Below, one piece after another: positions 10,700-21,803 of a DNA stretch of 35,091 nt; the first letter of the stretch is position 1, and the number at the start of each line of letters is the position of its first letter. Made by a program: the position numbers and the translations under genes. This stretch comes from Octopus bimaculoides (taxonomy: Eukaryota). The DNA is taken from assembly GCF_001194135.2 (NCBI RefSeq), contig NC_068998.1, positions 37,036,441 to 37,071,531 on the forward strand. The letters run 5' to 3'. The notes beneath the pieces were generated by a model. The model was not told the DNA's origin. It ran no database searches and worked only from the letters and a program-made list of their open reading frames with translations.

Positions 10700-13300
10700 T
10701 TAATATATAGTATTTTCAATATACATAATTTTTTTCAAATGCCTCTTTTTTAAGCTGTATTGATTTATAAATCAGTTTTATCGCTGCACACTTGATCACT
10801 TTTTCATTTTTATTGAATATTCTGCTATCTTATTAACAGATATATATTTTATCGTAGAAATTCTCTAATAATGCCTGGAAAATATTTATATGATGAATTC
10901 TAGAAAAGTCATGCAGATTTACATTCTTCCGCTTACAGAGTCTATTAACTAAATGCTTGTTAATTAATTGTTTTCTTGTTAAAGAAATCTATGGATTTAT
11001 CAGATTTCCACTTAAGCATTTAGCATTATAAACCAAATGTATCAGCCATTATGAATATAAATGTGAATCTATAAACTGCGTAGAAAATGAGCTCTATATA
11101 CAGATATTCGCTTTTGATTGATTCAGGAAAAATATTTCTCAGACGATCTCATATAGACTTGCATCTATAACAGTTCATAACTTTTCTTTACCTCCTCAAA
11201 TAGTTATGTAATATCTTGTATATTTACCTTTGGCTGAGATTTTATGGGAATGTTCCTCGATATTTCTAGAGTTAAAACCAACAAATGTTCTTAATAACTG
11301 AAATAGTTACATATACCCATACACATTCTTTCCTACGAGTGCTATTGTATATCCCTTTAGCAAATACGTATGTCATGTCGAATTCTACCATCCATCATTA
11401 ATGATATTATATTTTGGGGTAGCTATTGTACAAATTGCACATACATAGAGTAAATTTCCACCGAAATCCGGCATAACATTTTCCGGCCCATTTTGAGAGT
11501 GTAAAGTGCATTATTTTCACTTGTTCAATGAGTATTTTGTAGAGCACCAATTCCATAGCCATTCTACTATATCTGAAATATGTGGCCCTTTAGTTAGTAT
11601 TAATGTTGATTCATATTTTGATATTTGTAAGATTTTAAAATGTATACTTATTATACAGTAAGTTTAGGATATAAATCTAACAAATTCTTTTATACAATTA
11701 AGACAGCTCAATACCAGTTGGATTTCTTGGTAAGAAAATTGATAAACAGCACCTTATCTATTTTCTGTTCTTTTATTTCGAAAAGCTAGGTGAAGTGCGT
11801 TTCGCAATCATTTTTTCATTTTCTGTTTTTCTTCTTTCTTTCTTTTTACTTTTGAACAAGGATAACTGCCGAAGCCTCTCCATTCTGGCAAGGCTTTAAA
11901 AATAGGCTCCAGCTTGTATAATTCCTGAAATGCCTCTTCTTTATCTTAAATGGTGATGCAAGAATATGTGTCATTAATGACTGGGCTTCTTCCTTTTTAA
12001 AAGCCGTTTACTACAGCCATATTTTCTGATGGGGCAAGTTCAGTCAATGACAAAATAGATTTCAAATTAGATAAATTTTCTAAAGTAACAGACCAAATTG
12101 CATGACAGAGGTGATTATAATATGTAAATAGCTTCAACATTTCTTCACTCATTTCATCGAACCGATTTTTTAAAATATTGATCAAAGAATTGTTTCACCA
12201 TTGGTCACCAATCTCGCCATTCCTATTAAAATTCCATCCTTTAAATGAATATTAGTCATGCACATTCGTGTTGATCTTTTACTTCCAGTGACAGAAATAA
12301 CGTTTTGATGAAATAACATTTCTTCAGCTTTTACTGTCGTTTTTTTTTTAAAGACTCCTTTATCTTGATTATTTTAATTTTCTGTATGAAAAGCTAAACA
12401 TATTTCCATGGGTACAATAAGTCTAGTATAGCTTATCTGTATGGATATTGAAGCCTAGAATTTTAACGGGAATTCTTTCAAATTTGAGCTTAATGTGAGA
12501 TTAAGTAAACAGCTAGCTTTTAGCTCCAGCAATTGTTACCGTTCACAGTGGTGTTGCTGGCACTCATTAAAGCTATGACTATTCCATCGTATTCAGTTTA
12601 GATGATACCACAAGGTGCACTCATCGATTTGATTTTAAAAACACTTTAAATTCTTCTGCTTTGTACATAACAGGAAATCTTCTGTTCCTTTTTTTCATTG
12701 AACGGGCAACAATTACAACTATTTGAAATACGTGAAATATGTGACATATCCAAAAGCCACCCTCTTTTGCACAACTAATAACAATAGAAATATTCTCAGC
12801 ATACCCTTTGTCTACTTTTTTTTTCAAATAATATATAAAACCTAGAAAGTAATTGTTTTTGTATCCACTATACAACTGTTGTTAATCATGTGTTGTAAAA
12901 TTTCAGTTGCCTGGTTTTGAATTACTAGAGAATAGTATGATGCGATTTAGGAATTCCGAGATAAAATTCAACAAAAGTTTGGTCTTTATTTTACGACATT
13001 TTTTTTTTAATATTTTATTTTATTGAGACAATACGAAAAGAGATTCTCAAACAGTTACTACTCTTCATTTTTTTCTTAAATATCACCATAAATTTCCCGA
13101 AATGTCAATCTATTCAATACTCAAAACTGTACTACTTCAACAATTTTCAACAATTGATGTAAGATAGTATATGTTTCTATGAAGGGCAGTTTCTTTTCAT
13201 TTTAATGTTGATATATGCAGAATAGCAACATCTGATTCCCATATTCTCTCCTCTCAGACGTAACTGATATATGACTTGAGCTAACTTTATGCTGCGAAAA
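10700..13300 (-). pseudogene. Possible heavily decayed ORF, tentatively P-loop/STAND-NTPase-like
   Basis: Free of repeats and A-rich on the minus strand, with overlapping open stretches broken by stops and frameshifts: KTTVKAEEMLFHQNVISVTGSKRST..., LINILKNRFDEMSEEMLKLF..., NMAVVNGF/KKEEAQSLM. The family assignment is pattern-based only and the boundaries are uncertain. Confidence 0.3.
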
Positions 13301-14714
13301 CCTTTGTTTGATAAAGATTTTGCCTATTCTCAATCATGATAACTATTTAATGTATAAACCGCTTTCTCTCCTAGATTCAACTGTATAATTCATTCCTGCA
13401 TGAAAAACGAAAAGCAACAATACTAATAACGTAATATTCAAACCCTTTTGTGAAAAATCAGACAATTATGTTTTAAATGATCGTCTATTATATTGCTTTG
13501 AAAATGGAGAAACGAGCAACAGCATAATTTTGATTAAGATCAGCGGCTCTGGGAAAGACATATTAGGTAGTATTATTGTAAGTTGTGCATTTGTTAGTGT
13601 TCTGATGATCTCAATGCATAGCAGTACTTGAATTAGAATTATCTTCTATTATTTCAGTTACAAATTTATCGATTATCTAAAATGAAAGAAAAGACATTAT
13701 TAGAAAGAACGCATCAGTGTTATTGTTAGCTTTTGTTTAATAAATGATTAAATTTATATAAATAAATACCTTTAAATCGTAATATTGTTTTACTGAATTT
13801 AGCTCTTGACAATTAAATCTTCTCATAAAAAAGACAAAATACAATGAAAAATATAAAAATAAAGCGTGTGCAACTGTGTACAATTGTCTTCTTTCGTGAG
13901 AGACATAAAGTAAATGATTATACTTTGTGTGTGCCTGTCTGTGTGCCTGTTTGTGTGTGAATGTGTGTGTGTGTGCCTGTGTGTGTGGTGTGCATGTGTG
14001 TTTTCTTCAAAAAGTTTAATGTGTGTTCGTCTCATTTTGTGCTGTTATATATTTATATTATAGAATATATACTTTATGAATAATATACGTGAATTGTCTT
14101 TATTTGGTTTTAATATCAAATAACGAATAATACGCAAACACGTATTGAAATACATTCGCCAGAGTTGACAGTAGAATTATTATTTATCTTTGATAAAAAG
14201 TGAGACATTATACATATTACAATATTATCACTGCATGTATAACCAAAGTTTGTGTGCATAACTTATTGCCTGTATACAGATTGTAACTTATGAACAATCA
14301 TTTTAATTCAATAAACAAGCAAAACGTTGCTCTTTTAATGTCTAGAATTTTCTTAGTATATGTAGCGGGGTATCAGTCACAATTTCACATTATTCAATAT
14401 TTTCCGTTTTGGTTCCATTACAGAGAGAGTTATAAATTTTGAAATGCTTAGTGTAACGGTAAAAAGTATCATTACCCTAACTTAGAGCCAATCTCGTGAA
14501 ATACTAAGGTGGAGGCTGCTCAAGTTTCAGAGTTGGTAAAGCATTTCTTGGACCCTTCCTTTCTGCAGCAGTAATGCAGAGACCTTCTACGGTTGCATTG
14601 TAAAAGCCTAAAACTAAAGTAACATAATGGTAAAGAGTCAAAGAATTGCTACACTTCCTGTTGCTAAAAGCATCGACCTCTTGTTTAAGGTATATATATA
14701 TATATATATATATA

Positions 14715-14851
14715 CCAGAGAAAGCTCATAAATGCGAAACAAGGCGGAAAAAATAGTAATCGAATACCAGAGGTAGAGTAATATACTTTATTAAAAGCAG
14801 CAACAATATCACAAAACTGTTACTCAGAGTTTCGCGTTTCCGTTCGTCGCC
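14715..14851 (-). mobile_element. 137-bp element inserted in (TA)n with a degenerate hammerhead-like 5' end (Penelope-like fragment?)
   Basis: Complex sequence bounded by (TA)n at 14691-14714 and 14852-14874; minus strand begins GGCGACGA-ACGGAAACGC-GAAAC-TCTGA-GTA. Confidence 0.5.
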
Positions 14852-15579
14852 ATATATATATATATATATATATAACGCTGGAGGAGCAAAAAGAATTAGA
14901 GCAAGCAAGAAAAAGGGAGAGAGAGAGAAAAGTACTTGGCAGGAAGCTTACTTGGAAATGGATGCATGGTGTTCAACCATATATTAATATTTTATATATA
15001 TATATATATNNNNNNNNNNNNNNNNNNNNNNNNNNNNNNNNNNNNNNNNNNNNNNNNNNNNNNNNNNNNNNNNNNNNNNNNNNNNNNNNNNNNNNNNNNN
15101 NNNNNNNNNNNNNNNNNNNNNNNNNNNNNNNNNNNNNNNNNNNNNNNNNNNNNNNNNNNNNNNNNNNNNNNNNNNNNNNNNNNNNNNNNNNNNNNNNNNN
15201 NNNNNNNNNNNNNNNNNNNNNNNNNNNNNNNNNNNNNNNNNNNNNNNNNNNNNNNNNNNNNNNNNNNNNNNNNNNNNNNNNNNNNNNNNNNNNNNNNNNN
15301 NNNNNNNNNNNNNNNNNNNNNNNNNNNNNNNNNNNNNNNNNNNNNNNNNNNNNNNNNNNNNNNNNNNNNNNNNNNNNNNNNNNNNNNNNNNNNNNNNNNN
15401 NNNNNNNNNNNNNNNNNNNNNNNNNNNNNNNNNNNNNNNNNNNNNNNNNNNNNNNNNNNNNNNNNNNNNNNNNNNNNNNNNNNNNNNNNNNNNNNNNNNN
15501 NNNNNNNNNNNNNNNNNNNNNNNNNNNNNNNNNNNNNNNNNNNNNNNNNNNNNNNNNNNNNNNNNNNNNNNNNNNNNNN

Positions 15580-15614
<35 letters not shown>

Positions 15615-15895
15615 TATTGGAAAGAAAATGGTAGATAGATATAAACACACAGACACACATACTTTTTTGGCGTACCCTGGCCCAGCAATAAAACGCCCAA
15701 GCAGTGAAATAATCTCTCTTCATATTTAAGCATTTAATACTGTCTTTGGTTCTTTAGTTGCTTTACGATTTTTGAAGCTTGTCTAGAGCGATCTTGGGCC
15801 TTTTCTCTATGGGTTTTCTTCTGCAACAGAGCCTCTCATTACACTTTTTCTGTAGATGTAACCGCATAAGGTCAGGATGTTGCTATTTTGCAATA

Positions 15896-16080
15896 TATAT
15901 GATATATATATTGCAAAACAGCAAGACCACGCCATTATGTAAGGTATATGAAATATATATTACAAAACTGCAAGATCACGACATTATGTAATGTATATGA
16001 AATATATATTACAAAACAACAAGACTACGAAATTATGTAATGTATATGAAATATATATTACAATTCGGCAAGATCCTGCC
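15896..16080. repeat. 49-bp tandem repeat, about 3.8 units
   Basis: Units start at 15896, 15945, 15994 and 16043; consensus TATATGAAATATATATTACAAAACAGCAAGAYCACGACATTATGTAATG. Confidence 0.95.
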
Positions 16081-18305
16081 AACAAAATATCAATATATAT
16101 GCTACTTCTTTAGTTTCCCAATTAACGGCATCACTTCCGGCAATTCATATGCACTGAGAAGATTGTGTTTTTATAAGCGGGAAGTACCGACTGTCATTTT
16201 ATTATTAAGTGTGCGGCAATATTCTTAGATTACGATATCGTTATATGATGCCTATTTTTCCCCACATAAATTTCGGATGTGTGGTTGTATGGAGAAGGAG
16301 AGATAAAGGCAAACTCTTGTATTTATTTATAAATTTGTGTATAAGTTTGATGCATGTATTTATATGTGTATGTATGCATGTATGAATGTGTGTGTAAGGG
16401 GGTGAGTATACCTTTATATGGAAGAACAGGTGGCGAAATCCTCAATTCCTACACTAGAGTTCGTCGTAATCATGTTATTCCGGTTTCACTTTCAATAGTT
16501 TTTCATCTCCTAATATAACTCTCATTTCCCTTCACCTTCTATCCGCCGCATCTTCCCTAACGTTTTATGTCTTCCACTTCTCCCCTCGTTTCTTATTCCA
16601 CATTTTCTTCTCTTACGTCCTCTTACTGCTCCCCACTCGCATACATCTTACTTCTCCTTCTCTGATTGGTCCCTCTCGCTGATTCTCTCCTTTCAAGCCT
16701 CCTCATCACCTCTCGTTTCATTCTTTCTTTTCTTCTTCTTCACAAATACACTACGTACATCTGTTTCATAATTACAGCGATATCAAAAGAATGTTTAAGG
16801 AAACAGTAATTGAATAAATTAATGAATAAATAAATAGATAAATAAATAAATAAATAAATACACGGGGCAAAAAAAACACACACACAAAATAAATACATAA
16901 CGATCGCTATCATTATAAACTTTCCGTTTTTATGAAGAGAAAATAAATCATAATGAATGGGTTTGGTGTGGTGTGATGTGGTATGGAGTAAGATGCAAAG
17001 ATGCAGAGAGTTAGGGGGAGATAGAGAAATAGATTTGAAAGAAGAAAGCTAATGAGAAGAAAGGTAGAGAGTTGAGGAGGAGTGATCGAGGAAGCATTGA
17101 GATTTTGAAAAGAAGGTGGTGAGTTAGTTATATATGTTATAACCGGAGAATAATGGTTTAAGGAGATGGAAGATAAATATTTCGGAGAGAAAATAAATAT
17201 TTTGGTGGATGAGTTTTGAGGGATGGAAAGACGGAGTTTGGGACATGCAGAGTGATGAGAGAGAGTGAACGTGAGAAGCAGAGTTTCCTGGAATACGGTG
17301 TTGGTGAAAATGGATAGGTAGTTAGAGAGAAGAGCTGAAGAGAACTTGCAGAGAAAAAGAGAAGAGAGACGGAGAGATGTGAGGAGACACAAGTGTGAAA
17401 AATGTGGATGGAGAGTTGGAGACAAGACAGGTAGGGAGATGAGGAGAGTCAGATGGGTCTGAGATAGTGCGCAGAAATGAAAATGACGTAGGGTTAGAGG
17501 CAAAGGCGTGTGTGTGTGTGTGTGTGAAAGAGAGAGAGAGAAAAAAAAAAGAGAGAGAGTGAGAAAGTGGAGTGAGAAAAGTAAGAGTAGAGAGAATTCT
17601 AAAGAATCAGAAGTGTAAGAACAAAGAGAGGAAGGTTTGAGGATTGAGAGCAGATATGGTTGCATAGAAAGAAGAGGAGTTGGAAAGAATAGAGAATTAA
17701 GTGAAGATAGGAATTGGTGACCAGAGATAGATAGATAGATAGACACACACACACACACATATATATACATATATNNNNNNNNNNNNNNNNNNNNNNNNNN
17801 NNNNNNNNNNNNNNNNNNNNNNNNNNNNNNNNNNNNNNNNNNNNNNNNNNNNNNNNNNNNNNNNNNNNNNNNNNNNNNNNNNNNNNNNNNNNNNNNNNNN
17901 NNNNNNNNNNNNNNNNNNNNNNNNNNNNNNNNNNNNNNNNNNNNNNNNNNNNNNNNNNNNNNNNNNNNNNNNNNNNNNNNNNNNNNNNNNNNNNNNNNNN
18001 NNNNNNNNNNNNNNNNNNNNNNNNNNNNNNNNNNNNNNNNNNNNNNNNNNNNNNNNNNNNNNNNNNNNNNNNNNNNNNNNNNNNNNNNNNNNNNNNNNNN
18101 NNNNNNNNNNNNNNNNNNNNNNNNNNNNNNNNNNNNNNNNNNNNNNNNNNNNNNNNNNNNNNNNNNNNNNNNNNNNNNNNNNNNNNNNNNNNNNNNNNNN
18201 NNNNNNNNNNNNNNNNNNNNNNNNNNNNNNNNNNNNNNNNNNNNNNNNNNNNNNNNNNNNNNNNNNNNNNNNNNNNNNNNNNNNNNNNNNNNNNNNNNNN
18301 NNNNN

Positions 18306-18361
<56 letters not shown>

Positions 18362-18743
18362 ACAGAGACTTAGAGTGTGACAGATAGAATGAGATTGTAA
18401 CAAGGCGGGAAACAATAAAGCTGTATACAGCAATCAATAGCAAAATAAAAAAATATATCATACAGAAGAACCCTTTGTCTTTCCTCTTACAAAAGATTTC
18501 CATTCCACGATGAGAATATTTTCTAACATCTCCATCGGCAAATAAATAAATAAATAATTGAATAAATAAATAAATAGATAAAAAATGAATAAATCGACAA
18601 TCAAATGGAAGAAAATAAATCTACGATTACAACAACAACAATGACAACAGAGCACTCCTTTGCTTTAATGCCCATCTCATGGCAAGCAAATCAGGGAACT
18701 ACAAAGGAAAACTTCTAAGGGTGACGGACTCTCCCCACCTCAT

Positions 18744-18774
<31 letters not shown>

Positions 18775-18838
18775 ACGTATATGTATATGTATGCACATAA
18801 ACATTCATATGTATTTGTATGCTCGTGTGCATTTTTTG

Positions 18839-18874
<36 letters not shown>

Positions 18875-18883
18875 AGTATATAT

Positions 18884-19141
18884 ATAAAGTGTAGTATATT
18901 GCCACTTAAGTGTGGCTGACCCCTAGGGGTGGATGTTACTGTTGCTTTTAGCCCCAGGAGGACATCTCCTCCAGCTGGCTTATCGAGGTGAGAGGTGAGA
19001 GGGATAACTTCCCTTGGCAAACAGGACACAGTCGTGTGTCGATAAGCCAGCTGGAGGAGATGTCCTCCTGGGGCTAAAAGCAACAGTAACATCCACCCCT
19101 AGGGGTCAGCCACACTTAAGTGGCAATATACTACACTTTAT
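18884..19141. repeat. Perfect 103-bp inverted repeat with a 52-bp spacer (foldback or MITE-like)
   Basis: 18884-18986 is the exact reverse complement of 19039-19141, checked base by base. Confidence 0.97.
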
Positions 19142-19185
19142 CGTGCAGTTACTGTTAATACTTCATTTAGAGAATTAACATTGCT

Positions 19186-19229
<44 letters not shown>

Positions 19230-19241
19230 TATACATATACA

Positions 19242-19429
19242 AAGGCGGCGAGCTGGCAGAATCGTTAGCACGCCGGGCGATAATGCGTAGCGCTATTCAG
19301 TCGGCCGTTACGTTCTGAGTTCAAATTCCGGCGAGGTCAACTTTGCCTTCCATCCTCCTGGCGTCGATGCAATCGACTTAATCCCTTGTTTGTCACCTCT
19401 ATGTTTAGCCCCTTGTGGGCAATAAAGGA

Positions 19430-19430
<1 letters not shown>
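19242..19430 (+). mobile_element. tRNA-derived SINE family A with a variant 3' end
   Basis: AAGGCGGCGAGCTGGCAGAATCGTTAGCACGCCGGGCG...TTCTGAGTTCAAATTCCGGCGAGGTC; ends TTTAGCCCCTTGTGGGCAATAAAGG. Confidence 0.9.
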
Positions 19431-19464
<34 letters not shown>

Positions 19465-19602
19465 CGTGTGTGTATGTGTGCGTGTGTTTATATATGTATC
19501 CGCTTATAAATGCACTGATGCATACACCTAAATAACAACAGCAACAGCAATACTTATCTCGATCAAAACTAGAAGACCACAGATTTAAATCGAGGGTGTT
19601 AG

Positions 19603-19720
19603 TCACTTAGATCAACTCCGATACCTGACTAGTTCTCAGTTTTATCGATCCCGGAAGAATGAAAAGTAAATTTGACCTCAGAGGTCAAATTAACTCAGAA
19701 GGTATAGGGACGAGTAGTGC
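19603..19720 (-). mobile_element. SINE family A, degenerate central fragment
   Basis: TTTATCGATCCCGGAAGAATGAAAAGTAAATTTGACCTC matches the antisense core of family A. Confidence 0.65.
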
Positions 19721-20079
19721 ATGTTTCTCGATCAGTTACTGATATACATCATCCTTAGTTAGTGAAATAACCAGTGATTATAACAACCAATGGCTACAAG
19801 AGGGTGTGGAGTCATTTCAAACATGTTATATCGGAGTTATGTATGAGGATATTCATAGATATATAAATATTGGGCCGAGTAAATGAGAAGCTTTACGCAA
19901 TATGATCACGTTAGTATTTTCGATAAAAAGCAAATAAATATAACTAAAACATATGTAGCATTTTATTGAAGCTTCATAAACTGCTACCTTGGATTTCATC
20001 GATCATTATTAAATATTTAGAACAATGCAATAGTTTATAAACAGTTATATGTATTTATTAGTATTTAAAATTATTCATT

Positions 20080-20533
20080 ACTACGAATTCATCGAATCAA
20101 GCTGACAGGTCATGACAATTGATTTTCATGAAAAATAGAGAGAATGAGAAAGACCTTACCAGAAATAAAATGGTCGAAATAATAAAAATTAGAATAAAAA
20201 TAGAAGCTATGATTAAAAATTTAAAAAATTAATTCGAGAAAATTTGTATCATTTATAATTTCCAATCCTAATTTCCATTTTAATTTCAATTTTTAGCAAA
20301 TGCAGTAATTTATTTCTGATAACGTCGTTCTCATTCTTTATATTTTATTTTCCCGTTTCAACATGTATACACGATTTCATTATCCATTTTTAAATGTTAA
20401 CTCCATTTTGACTCGCGTCACTTTCTATAATTTTCTGTTTCGGTAAGTCACTTTTCTCCAACAGGTCCTCGATATTTTGAAAGGCATTTGCCCTGACCAA
20501 TCAGTTTCAGGCGTTTATTCGATGATTCGGTAA
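20080..20533. mobile_element. Degenerate MITE/foldback element with nested inverted repeats
   Basis: Outer arms are CGAATTCATCGAATCAA..GCTGACAGGTCATGACAATTG on the left versus the reverse complement CGAATCATCGAATAAA..CTGATTGGTCAGGGCAAATG on the right. Inner arms are 20139-20171 and 20307-20339, around an AT-rich quasi-palindrome. Confidence 0.65.
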
Positions 20534-20537
20534 TTCT

Positions 20538-20720
20538 GGCGGCGAGCTGACAGAAACGATAGCACGCCGGACGAAATGCTTAGCGGTATTTCGTCTGTCT
20601 TTACGTTCTGTGTTCAAATTCCGCTGAGGTCGACTTTGCCTTTTGTCGTTTGGGGTTGATAAATTAAGTACCAGTTGCGTACTGTGGTCGATCTAATCGA
20701 CTGGCCCCTTCCCCAGAAAG
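20538..20720 (+). mobile_element. tRNA-derived SINE family A, 3'-truncated
   Basis: GGCGGCGAGCTGACAGAAACGATAGCACGCCGGACGAAATGCTTAGCGG...GTTCAAATTCCGCTGAGGTCGAC. Confidence 0.9.
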
Positions 20721-20857
20721 TATATGTATATAAGAGAATGTGTGTGTGTGTATGTCTACAAAGCTTATTACAACAGGTGATGCCCAGTCAACATCTCTAG
20801 AGTTATTAATAACTACATATACATATACATATACACACATATCTAAATATACATATA

Positions 20858-21485
20858 TTCTTTCATTCTTTTACTTGCTTCAGTCATGTAACTGCGGCCA
20901 TGTTGGAGCACCGCCTTAAAGAGTTTTAGTCGAAGAAATAGACCTCAGGACTTATTCTATGTAAATGTGGTTCTTATTTTATTGTTCCTTTTGCCGAGCC
21001 GCTGCGTCACGGTGATATAAACATGCCGTCATCGACTGTCAAGCGATGGTGCGGAGACGAACACACACACACACAAACACATATATATGTATATGTATAT
21101 CATAAGAGCCCACAGGCGCCTGACTGCTAGAAAAAGAAGGTAATTCTATAGCTATCTAATACTATTTGAGGCCTGCTAACACTTATTTTATTGTAGTTGT
21201 TATTATCAAGTATTATATTTACCGCATATAATAATAGCAAAAATAATATCTATATAAATATTCACTTCTGAATATTTACCCCTTATTACACACACACACA
21301 CACACACATATATGTATGTATGTGTGTATACGACGGGCTTTTTTTTCAGTTTCCCACAACCAAATCCACTCCCAGGGCGTTGGTTAGCCCAAGGCTATAG
21401 TAGACGACACTTGCCAAGGTGCCATACAGTAGGACCGAACCCGGAACCATGTGGCTGGGAAGCAAGCTTCTTACCACGCAGCCAT
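20858..21485 (-). mobile_element. Bipartite SINE (B head 21326-21485, expanded middle, C tail 20858-21062)
   Basis: Minus strand begins ATGGCTGCGTGGTAAGAAGCTTGCTTCCC..GGTTCCGGGTTCGGTCC (A/B boxes)..GGCACCTTGGCAAGTGTC; tail ends CAACATGGCCGCAGTTACATGACTGAAGCAAGTAAAAGAATG. Confidence 0.85.
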
Positions 21486-21613
21486 AAAATATACTATAAC
21501 ATTATATAGGCATGTATAACCGTCATATATATATATATATATACTGCTGTTGTAAATTGATTGAAACAAACACATTATATTTTAATTTTATTTGTCGTGC
21601 TCATCCATGTTAA

Positions 21614-21803
21614 CTCTTCGCAGCGAAATTAAATTTCATGGCTATTCTAGTAAGGATGATAAGTATCTACCAACAAATAGAATTGACATTTTCTGCAAAT
21701 CACTTTACCTCAATAAACTTGACATATCTGAACAAAAGGAGAAAAAAATAAGATTAAAATAACTGATAGATTGGTATGTAAAACTGCTTTCCGCTGCAAA
21801 GGG
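21614..21803. mobile_element. piggyBac-like MITE (tentative)
   Basis: TTAA|CTCTTCGCAGCGAAA ... TTTCCGCTGCAAAGGG|TAAT: imperfect terminal inverted repeats after a TTAA, as expected for piggyBac-type ends; the right TTAA is degenerate. Confidence 0.55.

Noticed and set aside
14936-15733. Cluster of 227-255 aa ORFs (also 5955-6470)
   Set aside because: They consist of X from assembly gaps plus (TA)n.
15896-16080. CRISPR-like array
   Set aside because: The units are homologous along their full length with no unique spacers, there are no cas genes, and the context is eukaryotic.
16913-18433. 506-aa minus-strand ORF
   Set aside because: About a third is N-gap; the rest is S/L/F/P-biased text from a GA-rich tract in which antisense stop codons are compositionally rare.
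20465-20529. Apparent exon ttttctccaacag|VLDILKGICPDQSVSGVYSMIR|gtaatt
   Set aside because: It lies in the right terminal inverted arm of the 20080-20533 element, so it is better explained as repeat sequence.
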